A stretch of DNA of 63,324 bases, counting the filler. It is 4 parts of 4 records of this genome, joined end to end, with 100 filler letters (N's around TTAATTAATTAA, not from the genome) between each part and the next. Parts side by side here need not be neighbours in the genome. Positions count along the whole stretch, not along the records: positions 1 to 21,959 come from DRR723986_7493; 3 more parts are not named here. The stretch is one strand, 5' to 3'. The notes beneath the pieces are model-generated. The model was given only the letters and a program-made list of their open reading frames with translations. It had not been told where the DNA came from and made no database searches. Numbering within the stretch: the first letter of the stretch is position 1; the number at the start of each line of letters is the position of its first letter. The position numbers were made by a program, and so were the translations under genes. This document shows, in pieces, positions 9,246 to 18,380 of the stretch.

Positions 9246-10613
9246 TCAGTGCAGCTCTTCTATGTTGGGGGCGTCCGGTGTGTTTTCCTGCCCCAGCGCT
9301 ACGGCGCGGGTCAGACGGGTTGAACCGATGGAAGCCAACCGCCAGCCAGAGATATTTCTGCGTTCGGGCAGCGGATCGATGTTCTTTTCCACCCCGCCAA
9401 TCATCACTCTGGTGATGTTGTCAGGATTACCAAGCAACGACAGATCTTCTTCGACCTTGCCGGTGACACAAATGATATCGGCCTTGTAGCCGGGCGCAAT
9501 AACGCCAATCTCGCCTTCCATCCGCATTCCGATAGCGCCGTTCATTGTACCGCATTTGATGGCTTCCAAGGGCGTCAGGCCAAAGTATTTCACAAAGACC
9601 TCCATCTCGCGGTAGTGCCAGTCACCATAGGGCACCAGTGAAAAGCCCGCTTCGGAGCCGCACATCAGCGGCACGCCCTCCTTATGGGCCTTGGTCATTG
9701 TGTCGATGGAATCGGTGATCTCGCTTTCGAAGATCTTCATCAATTCTGACGAGGTTCCGATCTTGTGCCCGTAGTCCACCATATTGGCCTGAAACGTCAG
9801 TGCGGGCGTAATCGGGATCTTGCGGTCGATGATTTCTTGCAAGGCTGCATCGTCAATCGCGGTGGCATGAAAGATCAAATCAAACCCGGCAACCGCGGCG
9901 CGGCGGGTGGCCTCTGCCCCGCGACAATGACCCATGACAGGGGTACGCAGCTCATGCGCGGTGTCGCAGATCAGCTTGAGCTCATCCAGCGTCCAGACAC
10001 ACAGCTCACCCAGATGGGCCTGCCGTGGAACGATTCCGGTGACATGCACCTTGATCCAATCCGCACCGTGTTTGATCTGGCGGCGCACCTCGCGCACGAT
10101 CTCATCGCGGGAATTCACCGGCATGTAATAGCCTGTGACCCCTTCGTCCTTGATCAACCGCCCCGCAGTCCCGCCGACCCCAGTGATCAGCGCATATGAC
10201 CCGCAGGACATGCGCGGACCTTCGACAATATTGGCATCAATCGCATCGCGCAGATCGATCATGTTTTCATGCACTGAATCTGGGTCCAAAACGCTGGTCA
10301 CACCCGCCCGAAGAAGCTTGCGACCATTGTACGAGGCCACGAGTGCCGAAAGAGCGTTGCGTCGCTGATGAAAAATTTCGGCATTGGACCCGGCATCGTC
10401 AAAGGACAGATGGCAATGGGTATCGACAAGACCGGGCATGACCGTCTGACCTGTTGCATCAATCTCTCGGATACCCGGCATCTGTGCGGCCTTGGCGTCG
10501 GCATCGGCCCCTACCGCTGTGATAACGCCCGCTTCGATCAATACACTTGCGTCGATTGCTTTTGCGCCGGTCCCGTCAATGACCCGACCGTTCTTGATGA
10601 TGTGCGTGTTCAT
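9246..10613 (-). CDS. Metal-dependent amidohydrolase (Amidohydro_1, Xaa-Pro dipeptidase-like)
   Basis: NGRVIDGTG, MPGLVDTHCH, GADWIKVH, HCRG, G.IAPGYKADII. ATG 10613 follows AGGA; the ORF track starts at TTG 10622. Confidence 0.9.
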   Translation of the reverse strand: MNTHIIKNGRVIDGTGAKAIDASVLIEAGVITAVGADADAKAAQMPGIREIDATGQTVMPGLVDTHCHLSFDDAGSNAEIFHQRRNALSALVASYNGRKLLRAGVTSVLDPDSVHENMIDLRDAIDANIVEGPRMSCGSYALITGVGGTAGRLIKDEGVTGYYMPVNSRDEIVREVRRQIKHGADWIKVHVTGIVPRQAHLGELCVWTLDELKLICDTAHELRTPVMGHCRGAEATRRAAVAGFDLIFHATAIDDAALQEIIDRKIPITPALTFQANMVDYGHKIGTSSELMKIFESEITDSIDTMTKAHKEGVPLMCGSEAGFSLVPYGDWHYREMEVFVKYFGLTPLEAIKCGTMNGAIGMRMEGEIGVIAPGYKADIICVTGKVEEDLSLLGNPDNITRVMIGGVEKNIDPLPERRNISGWRLASIGSTRLTRAVALGQENTPDAPNIEELH

Positions 10614-10624
10614 GTCAGTCAATC

Positions 10625-11629
10625 CTATTGCGAAATGCGAAGAAGTCGGCGGGCGTTGTCGGCGAATTTCTCAGGTGGCCGATGGTTCGCCAGATCCTCC
10701 GGTGCGTCCCACCCCGAGAAATTTGTCCCGAAGACCAGCCGGTCATCGCCGATCAGGTTTTTCAGCATCACAAGGCTGTCGGCATTGTTCAGATGATCGT
10801 CAAACCAAAGTCGTGACAGCCGTTCTTCAAACGCGCCGTCAGCCCGCAGGTGGTCCGGTGACCAAGGGCGCTTGCGCGCCGCCAACGCCATGCGCCCGGC
10901 AAGATAACCCGTCGCGCCACCGCCATGGCTGATGCAGATATCCAAGCCCGGATGACGATCAAGCACACCGCCGTAGACCAGACGTGCCACCGCAAGCACC
11001 TCCTGCGCGGCAAAGCCAAGAACGACATCCAGATCGTAATCCTTCAGGTTCGGATCACCCGCAGGTCCCTCTATCCCGGACGGCGATGGATGGAGAAACA
11101 GCGGCACGTTCAACTTGACGCAGGCCTCGTAAAACGGATCCATCGTCGAATGGTCCAGCGCATGCGGCATATCTGTGCCAATGCAACTGCCCAGCAATCC
11201 CAATTCGATGACGGCCCGGTTCAGCTCATCAATCGCATCGGGCACCGATTGCATCGGAAGCGCCGCAAGTCCGGCCAGATTCTGTGGGTAGCGCTGTAAC
11301 AGCCTCGTCAGAGCATCGTTATGGGTACGGCAAAATTGAACAGCCATGTCAGCCGGGGCAAAGTGCAGAAAGGTCAGCGGGTTTGGCGACAAAAGCTGTG
11401 CGTCGATTCCGGCCGCTTCCATGCGGTTCAGACGCAGATCGGTGTCCATGAACGCGCTGCCCTTGTAACGCACACCATCCAGACGGTAGTTTCCCACACG
11501 AAACCATGGGCTGCCCCCGTCCTGTCCCCCCATTTCGGGACCAAGGGAACCCGCTGTGCCAAAGGACTCTTCGAGGATGATATGAGCGTGGACATCGATC
11601 ACATTGGCAGTCTGAAAAGTCTTGGACAT
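10625..11629 (-). CDS. Amidohydrolase_2 family protein (ACMSD-like decarboxylase/hydratase)
   Basis: IDVHAH, M...GID.Q.LS, HNDAL, PLFLHP, SHGGG, LVFGTNF. Confidence 0.88.
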   Translation of the reverse strand: MSKTFQTANVIDVHAHIILEESFGTAGSLGPEMGGQDGGSPWFRVGNYRLDGVRYKGSAFMDTDLRLNRMEAAGIDAQLLSPNPLTFLHFAPADMAVQFCRTHNDALTRLLQRYPQNLAGLAALPMQSVPDAIDELNRAVIELGLLGSCIGTDMPHALDHSTMDPFYEACVKLNVPLFLHPSPSGIEGPAGDPNLKDYDLDVVLGFAAQEVLAVARLVYGGVLDRHPGLDICISHGGGATGYLAGRMALAARKRPWSPDHLRADGAFEERLSRLWFDDHLNNADSLVMLKNLIGDDRLVFGTNFSGWDAPEDLANHRPPEKFADNARRLLRISQ

Positions 11630-11652
11630 TGCGCACCGTTGGGTTATAATGG

Positions 11653-11694
11653 ATCGAATGCAATATTATCGATATCGATGTTATTGTCAATCGA
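11653..11694. promoter_or_regulatory. Putative MarR operator array (ATYG-N4-CRAT)
   Basis: ATCGAATGCAAT at 11653 and ATCGATATCGAT at 11668 (inside a 26-bp imperfect palindrome, 11661-11686), plus a partial site at 11683, in the divergent promoter. Confidence 0.7.
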
Positions 11695-11763
11695 CTAGGA
11701 ACTTACTCTGCAAGGTCCTGCGCTCATGGCCCTTGCCACCCTTAAAAAAAGAGACCGATCAAC

Positions 11764-12246
11764 GTGTCACGCACCCCACAAGACCCACCAGCAAAATTCG
11801 AACGGCGCCCCTTGGACCAGCGTATTTCTTTCTTGGCCCATCGGATCAACGCCCGCCTGAATCACCTGTGTAATCCGCTCATTTCGCCACATAAACTTGA
11901 TCTATTCAGCTCTCGCATCATTGTGGCCATCGCCGAAAAGGGGCCGATGAAGATCGGGGAGCTGGTCGAATTTATAGCCTTGCCCCAGTCCACGATTTCA
12001 CATCAGATCAAACGGCTGGAACGGGACAATCACGTGAAACGCACCCGGTCTGAAACAGACAACCGAACAGTTGTCATCACGCTCACCCCGCTTGGCGAGG
12101 AAGTGGCGGAAAAATGCAACCAGCTGAGCGATATGATTCTCGAAAACATTTCAGGTGCGCTCGACCCGGATGAAATTGACGTTCTGACCAAGCTGATGAC
12201 GCGGGTCTATGAGGCGCTTCCCAGAGACATCGTGCCCAAACCATGA
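11764..12246 (+). CDS. MarR family transcriptional regulator
   Basis: QSTISHQIKRLE...VKR...DNRTVVITLTPLG winged-helix signature. Confidence 0.93.
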   Translation: MSRTPQDPPAKFERRPLDQRISFLAHRINARLNHLCNPLISPHKLDLFSSRIIVAIAEKGPMKIGELVEFIALPQSTISHQIKRLERDNHVKRTRSETDNRTVVITLTPLGEEVAEKCNQLSDMILENISGALDPDEIDVLTKLMTRVYEALPRDIVPKP

Positions 12247-12620
12247 CATCCGCAGATCCCGCTGCGGTCGTCCGGTCCTTTTGCGCCGCCTGGGGCCTTT
12301 TGGATCCGGAGGCATTGGCCCCCTTTTTGCACGAAGATATCCTGTATCATAATATGCCGCTGACCCCCTTGAACGGTAAGGGGGCGGTGATGGATTACCT
12401 GCGCAAGGCGGGACCGTTCGACCACTGTGAATGGGAAATCATAAACCTCGCGGTTCAGGGCAATACAGTACTGACCGAACGCGTGGACAGATTTGTCAAA
12501 CAGGGCAAACCGATCGCGCTGGAAGTGATGGGCACCTTCGAAATTGAGCGGAGTCTGATCCGAGTCTGGCGGGATTACTTTGATCTCGCTGGATACCGCC
12601 GACAGTTCGAAACTGTATAA
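12243..12620 (+). CDS. Limonene-1,2-epoxide hydrolase family protein (NTF2/SnoaL fold)
   Basis: YHNMP, VLTERVD, VMGTFE and WRDYFD are the LEH catalytic motifs. ATGA-coupled to marR. Confidence 0.88.
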   Translation: MTSADPAAVVRSFCAAWGLLDPEALAPFLHEDILYHNMPLTPLNGKGAVMDYLRKAGPFDHCEWEIINLAVQGNTVLTERVDRFVKQGKPIALEVMGTFEIERSLIRVWRDYFDLAGYRRQFETV

Positions 12621-12629
12621 CCATTTGAA

Positions 12630-12686
12630 ATTGTGTAAATTTCCAATTTCTAAAAAAATATTGTTGTAAATTATATTGCTTTCGAT
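12630..12686. promoter_or_regulatory. AT-rich promoter with putative MarR sites
   Basis: ATTGCTTTCGAT at 12675, with degenerate ATTGTTGTAAAT at 12660 and ATTGTGTAAATT at 12630. Confidence 0.55.
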
Positions 12687-12722
12687 ACAAATTGTGGCCA
12701 CTCAGAATGAAGGACCGCAAAC

Positions 12723-13943
12723 GTGTCAAAGCTGCATATCGTTGCCGATACCAACCAGATTTCCAGCGGGTTGCGGCACCCAGATCTTAAGCAAGCGCTG
12801 TATGATGAAGGCGCAATTATCATGGGTGACACCCTGCTGACCCTGCATGGCGAAGCCCATCGCAAACGTCGGATCATGGAATTCCGCGTGTTCCGCAAAG
12901 ACTATTTTCATTGGTACGAACAAACCGTTTTCCCCAAGACCCTGCGCCAGTCCATGACTGGCGATATCGAACGAGGTCGGGCCGAGCTTGTCGATCTTGG
13001 CTACCGCGTGACAATGAATCTGACAGCCGACTTTGCAGGGGTCGATCGGCCCGATCAAACGCCGGAGGAGACCGGTGAATTGTTGCGTCTCGTAGAGGCG
13101 TTCTCCCATGCCGCGACCCTAATCCATTCCACCCGCCCCAAAGCCGAAGTGCTCGAAGAAGTGCGCGAGGCGATTGAAATCTTCCGCCCCCGGTTCCTAG
13201 ATCCATCGGTGGCGCGGCGCCGCGATTTGTTGGCCAAGGTTGCCAAGGGCGAGATGCATGAGGATGACCTACCACGCGACGTATTGACCGTGATCCTGCA
13301 ACGCGGCGATCCTGAGGAATTTGCTCCCGATATGCTTCTGCGCGAGGTGGCGTTCTACCTTCAGGCGGGCGCGCATTCGACGGCCAATTCGACCATCCAC
13401 GGCTTCCACGAGATTTACTCCTGGGCTGAAGAAGACCCGTCCCGCTGGACCAAGTTACGCGATGATCCGGTCTTTTTCCAACGCTGCGTTCACGAAAGCC
13501 TGCGCCTGCATCCGGCCAGTCCCGTGGCCTGGCGCAGCGCGACCTGCCCAATGCATCTGGAAGGGGCGGGTGAAGTGGCCGAAGGCGAGATGATCGAATT
13601 CCGCCTGGCCGAATCCAATCGCGATCCCGAGATTTACGGCGCAGATGCCGACCGCTTTAACCCCTACCGTGAGATCAAGACACCGCATCCACCTTATGGC
13701 CATACCTTCGGCACCGGCGTTCACACCTGTTTGGGGCGCGATCTGGACGGTGGGATCCTCCCGCGCGGCGAGGTCGATCCGGCGACACATCAATATGGCA
13801 CCATCACGCTGTTCCTGCGGGATCTCTTTGCCCGTGGCGCCCGTACTGACCCTGATGACGCACCGCGCCCCGCCCTGGATACCGCCCGGCCCAACTGGGG
13901 CCATTACCCTGTTATTTTTGACAAAAAGCGAGTTTGGTCATGA
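12723..13943 (+). CDS. Cytochrome P450 (atypical I-helix), paralog of 7990-9219
   Basis: FGTGVHTCLG, ESLRLHPASP, SNRDP..Y..FNPYR, I-helix QAGAHST. GTG start after AAGGA. Confidence 0.92.
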   Translation: MSKLHIVADTNQISSGLRHPDLKQALYDEGAIIMGDTLLTLHGEAHRKRRIMEFRVFRKDYFHWYEQTVFPKTLRQSMTGDIERGRAELVDLGYRVTMNLTADFAGVDRPDQTPEETGELLRLVEAFSHAATLIHSTRPKAEVLEEVREAIEIFRPRFLDPSVARRRDLLAKVAKGEMHEDDLPRDVLTVILQRGDPEEFAPDMLLREVAFYLQAGAHSTANSTIHGFHEIYSWAEEDPSRWTKLRDDPVFFQRCVHESLRLHPASPVAWRSATCPMHLEGAGEVAEGEMIEFRLAESNRDPEIYGADADRFNPYREIKTPHPPYGHTFGTGVHTCLGRDLDGGILPRGEVDPATHQYGTITLFLRDLFARGARTDPDDAPRPALDTARPNWGHYPVIFDKKRVWS

Positions 13944-14686
13944 AAACCGCAATTGTTACCGGCGGCAGTGGCGGTCTGGGTCGCGCCTGCGCCAAAGCGC
14001 TGATTAAAGACGGTTTTCGCGTTGGGCTGTTTGATATGGACACGGGCGCTCTCAATGAGGCCGCCGCCGAAACAGGCGCTGAGGCCTTTGTCGTTGATGT
14101 GACTGATGAACCCTCCGTTCTGGCCGCGATGGAACAATTCGGCGCGGTGCCGGATCTGGTGGTGAACAATGCCGGGATCGGCCGTTTTGCCCCCCTGCTG
14201 GACATGCCCATTGAAACCTTCCGCCTGCAACTGGACGTGAACCTGGTGGGCGCATTTATCGTGGCGCGCGCCGCCGCCCGCGGCATGGCCAAGCGGGGAT
14301 CGGGCGTGATCCTGAACGTGACCTCGATCAATGCAATCACCACCGGCCCGGGCTCGGGAAGCTACCCTGCATCCAAGGCAGGCTTGGCCAAATTGACCGA
14401 AATGATGGCGCTGGAATGGTCGCCATTGGGGTTACGGGTGAACGCCATCGCGCCGGGATTTATCGACGCGGGCCTATCGACGCCGTTCTTTGCCGATCCG
14501 GCAGTGCGCGCCCTGCGCGAACAAGCCGTGCCATCCAAACGGCTCGGTCTGTCCGAAGACATTGCCAACACCGTGTGCTTTTTGGCCAGCGACAAGGCCA
14601 GCTATATCAACGGGCACCAACTGGTTGTCGATGGCGGCGTATCCGTCAGCCTGCTGACCCAATTGCCGCGCGAAGCCAAATCATGA
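13940..14686 (+). CDS. Short-chain dehydrogenase/reductase
   Basis: TGGSGGLG, NNAG, YPASK, RVNAIAPG. ATGA overlap. Confidence 0.93.
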   Translation: MKTAIVTGGSGGLGRACAKALIKDGFRVGLFDMDTGALNEAAAETGAEAFVVDVTDEPSVLAAMEQFGAVPDLVVNNAGIGRFAPLLDMPIETFRLQLDVNLVGAFIVARAAARGMAKRGSGVILNVTSINAITTGPGSGSYPASKAGLAKLTEMMALEWSPLGLRVNAIAPGFIDAGLSTPFFADPAVRALREQAVPSKRLGLSEDIANTVCFLASDKASYINGHQLVVDGGVSVSLLTQLPREAKS

Positions 14687-15333
14687 CCCGAAACCTTTTG
14701 ATATCGGGCGGTCCGTACCACCCTTTCCATGAGACCTCCGCCAGCATCGCGGCGCATCTGAATGATCTTGGGGTGGTATCACAGATTTGCGGCGTGGCGG
14801 AAGGGTTTGACCGCCTTACGCAGGAAGACTTTGACCTCGTGACAATCAACGCGCTTGGTTTTTCGATGACACAGGCCGACAAATACGCCCCCCTACGGGA
14901 TCGCTTTGCCCATGTTTGTTCTGAGCAAGACAAGATGGCCTTGCAATCCCACGTGGCGCAAAAAGGTGGCCTCTTGGGGCTGCACACCGCTGCTGTATGT
15001 TTCGACACATGGGCAGAATGGGGAGATCTTCTGGGGATTTCCTGGGTCTGGGGGCAATCCCACCACCCGCAACCAGGATACTTTGATGTGATCGACGAGA
15101 CCGGGCGTTTTCAGATTTGGGATGAACTTTACAGCGATATGCAGGTCGCGCCAGACGCCACCGTACTGGCCACAGCGCAGGATCCTCAGGGCGGCAAGGC
15201 ACAACCCATGATGACCGCCAAAAACCGCTGTGTCTATCTGGCGCTGGGGCATGATCTGACGGCCACTGAAAATCCCGGCTATGTTCGCCTGTTGAAAGAG
15301 GCTGCGGCGCGGGCGCTCGGAAACAAAGGATAA
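14683..15333 (+). CDS. ThuA-like (class I glutamine amidotransferase fold) protein
   Basis: GGPYHPF, GGLLGLHTA, SHHP, DELY, YLALGHD. Start at the ATGA overlap; the ORF track is overextended. Confidence 0.75.
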   Translation: MTRNLLISGGPYHPFHETSASIAAHLNDLGVVSQICGVAEGFDRLTQEDFDLVTINALGFSMTQADKYAPLRDRFAHVCSEQDKMALQSHVAQKGGLLGLHTAAVCFDTWAEWGDLLGISWVWGQSHHPQPGYFDVIDETGRFQIWDELYSDMQVAPDATVLATAQDPQGGKAQPMMTAKNRCVYLALGHDLTATENPGYVRLLKEAAARALGNKG

Positions 15334-15336
15334 ATC

Positions 15337-16101
15337 ATGCAGGATATGAACGGATATTCGCTTTTGGTGACGGGCGGCGGCTCTGGCATCGGTGCCGAGG
15401 TTGCACGTTATTTCGCCGCGCATGGTGCGCGGGTGACAATCACCGGGCGGCGGGCTGAAAAGATTGAGGCCGTTTCAAAAGGCATCGGGCCAAATTGCAT
15501 CGGGATTGCGGGCGACGTTACCAACGCAGACGACCGCACCCGCATGATCAAAGCCGCGGTGGCCCATGGCGGTGGGTTGCAAGGCCTGTTCAACAATGCG
15601 GGCAACATGCTGCGCGGTTCAATCTGCGATCTTGATGCCGATGACATTCTGAACGTGCTCAATACCAATGTGGTGGCGGGCATGGCATTGACCGGGCTGG
15701 CGGTCCCGCATCTGGAACAATCGGGAGGCGCGGTCCTGTTTGTCGGGTCGGTTCATACCCGCCGCGCCTTTCCCGGCGCATCGCCCTACGCGGCGTCAAA
15801 AGGTGCGGTTGAAGTGCTGAGCCAAGTTCTTGCTGCCGAGTTGGGCCCGAAAGGCATTCGTGTGAACTGCGTTCTGCCCGGCGCCGTGCCGACCGAGATC
15901 AATGTGCGGGTCGGGCTGGCAGCGGACACAACCGAAAACGAAAAAAGGCTGCAATCCATGGCCGAAGATCACCCGCTGGGACGCATTGGCACGGCAACCG
16001 AAATTGCCGAAGCCGCCGATTACCTGCTGCGGTCGGAATGGACAACGGGCACGTCAATCGTCGTCGATGGCGGTCTTGCCCTCGGCGTCAGTTACAAATG
16101 A
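15337..16101 (+). CDS. Short-chain dehydrogenase/reductase
   Basis: TGGGSGIG, NNAG, YAASK, IRVNCVLPG, PLGRIG. Confidence 0.93.
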   Translation: MQDMNGYSLLVTGGGSGIGAEVARYFAAHGARVTITGRRAEKIEAVSKGIGPNCIGIAGDVTNADDRTRMIKAAVAHGGGLQGLFNNAGNMLRGSICDLDADDILNVLNTNVVAGMALTGLAVPHLEQSGGAVLFVGSVHTRRAFPGASPYAASKGAVEVLSQVLAAELGPKGIRVNCVLPGAVPTEINVRVGLAADTTENEKRLQSMAEDHPLGRIGTATEIAEAADYLLRSEWTTGTSIVVDGGLALGVSYK

Positions 16102-16108
16102 GCGCGCT

Positions 16109-16459
16109 ATGATCATCGAACAACGGACATATGATTACCATCCTGGCGCTTTGCCAAAGTTCTTTGCCCTTTATGAGGACTCTGGCGCACGGTCGCTGCA
16201 ACAGCGCGTTCTGGGAAACCTGATCGGTTATTTCACAACGGAACTGGGGCCGCTGAACCAAACCGTTCACTTGTGGAGCTACTCGTCGCTGGATGATCGG
16301 GGGGCCAGACGGGCCGAACTGATGTCACACCAACTGTGGCGGGACTTTCTGGGTCAGGTCACACCGATGATCCAACGACAGGAGTCCAAGATCCTGCTGC
16401 CAACCGACTTTTCACCCATTCATCCCAAGCCGGACAGGACACCCCATCTCGCAAATTAA
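16109..16459 (+). CDS. NIPSNAP family protein
   Basis: MIIEQRTY...G.F.TELGPLNQTVHLWSY.SLDDR...R...QESKILLPTDFSP. Confidence 0.88.
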   Translation: MIIEQRTYDYHPGALPKFFALYEDSGARSLQQRVLGNLIGYFTTELGPLNQTVHLWSYSSLDDRGARRAELMSHQLWRDFLGQVTPMIQRQESKILLPTDFSPIHPKPDRTPHLAN

Positions 16460-16501
16460 ATTGACAGCAATTAAATTGTTTTAAATATGATTGCATGCAA
16501 T
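16460..16501. promoter_or_regulatory. Three putative MarR operator boxes at a 15-bp period
   Basis: ATTGACAGCAAT at 16460, ATTGTTTTAAAT at 16475 and ATTGCATGCAAT at 16490, overlapping a TTGACA and next to a TATAAT. Confidence 0.7.
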
Positions 16502-16608
16502 ATAATAATGCCAGAACATGAATCAGTAACACAAGGCAGGGAGCGCCGCGTGACAGATCAAGCCACCCTCACTACCCAGGCAGGCCGCCGTGCCAAGGAG
16601 ACATACTG

Positions 16609-17499
16609 ATGTTGGCGCAGCAGCTTTTGAACGGGTTGGTCGTCAGCGGGGTCTATGCACTTTTCGCGTTAGGGTTCACGCTGGTTTTTGGCATTCAGCG
16701 CATTCTGAATCTAGCTCATGGCGCAATCTTCATGACGGGCGCGATGGTCGCCTATTATGTTGTGGCCGCTGGTGGCCCGCTGTGGCTGGCGATGATCCTG
16801 GCCATTCTCGCGTCGGGCTTGCTGTCGGTTCTTGTCGAATTCGTTTGCTTCCGGCGCTTGCGCAAAACGGGTGACGAAGAATTCGGAGGCATCATTTCCT
16901 CCATCGGCGCCGGGCTGGTGATCAGCACCATCGCGCAACAGGTGTCCAACACACAGGTTCTGCGTTTTCCGTTCGAAACCTTCCCGGTGATTATCTTCAA
17001 ATTCTGGGGCCTGCGGGTTTCTGCATTGCAACTGTTCATGCTGCTGGGCGCCCTGCTGCTGGTTATCGTGTTGGCCTATTTTGTCTATCGCACCTCCTTT
17101 GGACGGCGGGTGCGCGCTGTCACCGACAATGAACGCGCAGCACTGCTGATGGGGATCAACCCCAACATGATTTTCATGCAGACCTATTTCCTCGCGGGTG
17201 CTCTGGCCGGGGCGGCCGGTGTACTGGTTGGCCTCGCCTTTAACTCGATCAACTTCGTGATGGGCGAGCCATACCTCATGTTTGGCTTTGCCATCATTAT
17301 TCTGGGCGGTCTGGGGTCGATCCCCGGTGCGCTCTTGGCATCCATCATCTTTGGCATGGTTCAGACACTCACCATTGCGTACCTGCCATCGGGACTCACC
17401 GATACAATCATCTTCGCAGCGCTTTTCCTGATCTTGCTGGTGCGGCCACATGGGCTGATGGGCAAGGAAGACGCTGGCAATCTGAGGCAACGCCGATGA
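16609..17499 (+). CDS. Branched-chain amino acid-type ABC permease (LivH-like)
   Basis: QQLLNGL..YALFALGFTLVFG...NLAHG, FGRRVRAV, ILGGLGSIPG. Confidence 0.92.
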   Translation: MLAQQLLNGLVVSGVYALFALGFTLVFGIQRILNLAHGAIFMTGAMVAYYVVAAGGPLWLAMILAILASGLLSVLVEFVCFRRLRKTGDEEFGGIISSIGAGLVISTIAQQVSNTQVLRFPFETFPVIIFKFWGLRVSALQLFMLLGALLLVIVLAYFVYRTSFGRRVRAVTDNERAALLMGINPNMIFMQTYFLAGALAGAAGVLVGLAFNSINFVMGEPYLMFGFAIIILGGLGSIPGALLASIIFGMVQTLTIAYLPSGLTDTIIFAALFLILLVRPHGLMGKEDAGNLRQRR

Positions 17500-18380
17500 A
17501 TGGGTTCGTCGCGGGCTATCTGCCCCTTTTCGATTTATATCTGCTGCATCTGGGCATGGCCTTCAGCCAATACATCGTCCTGCGCGCCGGGGTCTTCTCG
17601 CTGGCTTCTGCAGCCTTTGCCGGGATCGGAGCCTATACCGCAGGCATCCTGGCGGTGAGCGCGGGTCTCCATCCGGTGTTGGGGTTGGGCGCTGGATTGC
17701 TGGCGGGGATGCTCGCCGGGCTTGTCCTGTCGATCCCGTTGGCACGGCTGCGCGGTGTCTACCAGGCGATTGCCACTGTGGCCTTTATCCAGATCGTCCT
17801 GTCACTGAACATCTACTCCGACTCGCTGACCGGCGGCGCCATGGGTCTGAACGGCATTCCCAAAACCGTCGGCACCGGTACCTTGCTCCTTGCCGCATTG
17901 GGGACAATCTATCTGATCTGGTCCCTCGAACGTGGCCGGGTGGGACGGGCCTTTAGCGCCATCCGCCAGGATGAGGCCGTGGCCGCATCCCTTGGCGTAT
18001 CCATCACATGGTATCAGGCACTGGCCTTTGCGCTGTCCGGGGCACTTGCGGGGCTGTTTGGCGGGTTGGAAGCCTATCATTCCTACGCGCTTGATCCGAA
18101 CCAGTTCGGGTTCCACCTGCTAATCACGCTCTTGAGCTATGTCATCCTTGGCGGACGCAATTCTGTCTGGGGGCCGATCATCGGCACAGCGATCCTGATC
18201 CTGCTGCCCGAAATCGCCCGGCCACTGGCAGAAAACCGCATGATCATGCACGGAATTATCCTGATCGTCGTCATCAACTACCTGCCCAAGGGCATTGTGG
18301 ACACATGGATCGACTGGATCAAAGCCCGTAGGCTTGGCACAGCAGGGTCCGGGCAAGACAAAGGGGGGGCAGCCTCATGA
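17496..18380 (+). CDS. ABC permease (LivM-like)
   Basis: RLRGVYQAIATVAF, LTGGAMG, GRAFSAIRQDE, VILGG. Confidence 0.92.
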   Translation: MNGFVAGYLPLFDLYLLHLGMAFSQYIVLRAGVFSLASAAFAGIGAYTAGILAVSAGLHPVLGLGAGLLAGMLAGLVLSIPLARLRGVYQAIATVAFIQIVLSLNIYSDSLTGGAMGLNGIPKTVGTGTLLLAALGTIYLIWSLERGRVGRAFSAIRQDEAVAASLGVSITWYQALAFALSGALAGLFGGLEAYHSYALDPNQFGFHLLITLLSYVILGGRNSVWGPIIGTAILILLPEIARPLAENRMIMHGIILIVVINYLPKGIVDTWIDWIKARRLGTAGSGQDKGGAAS

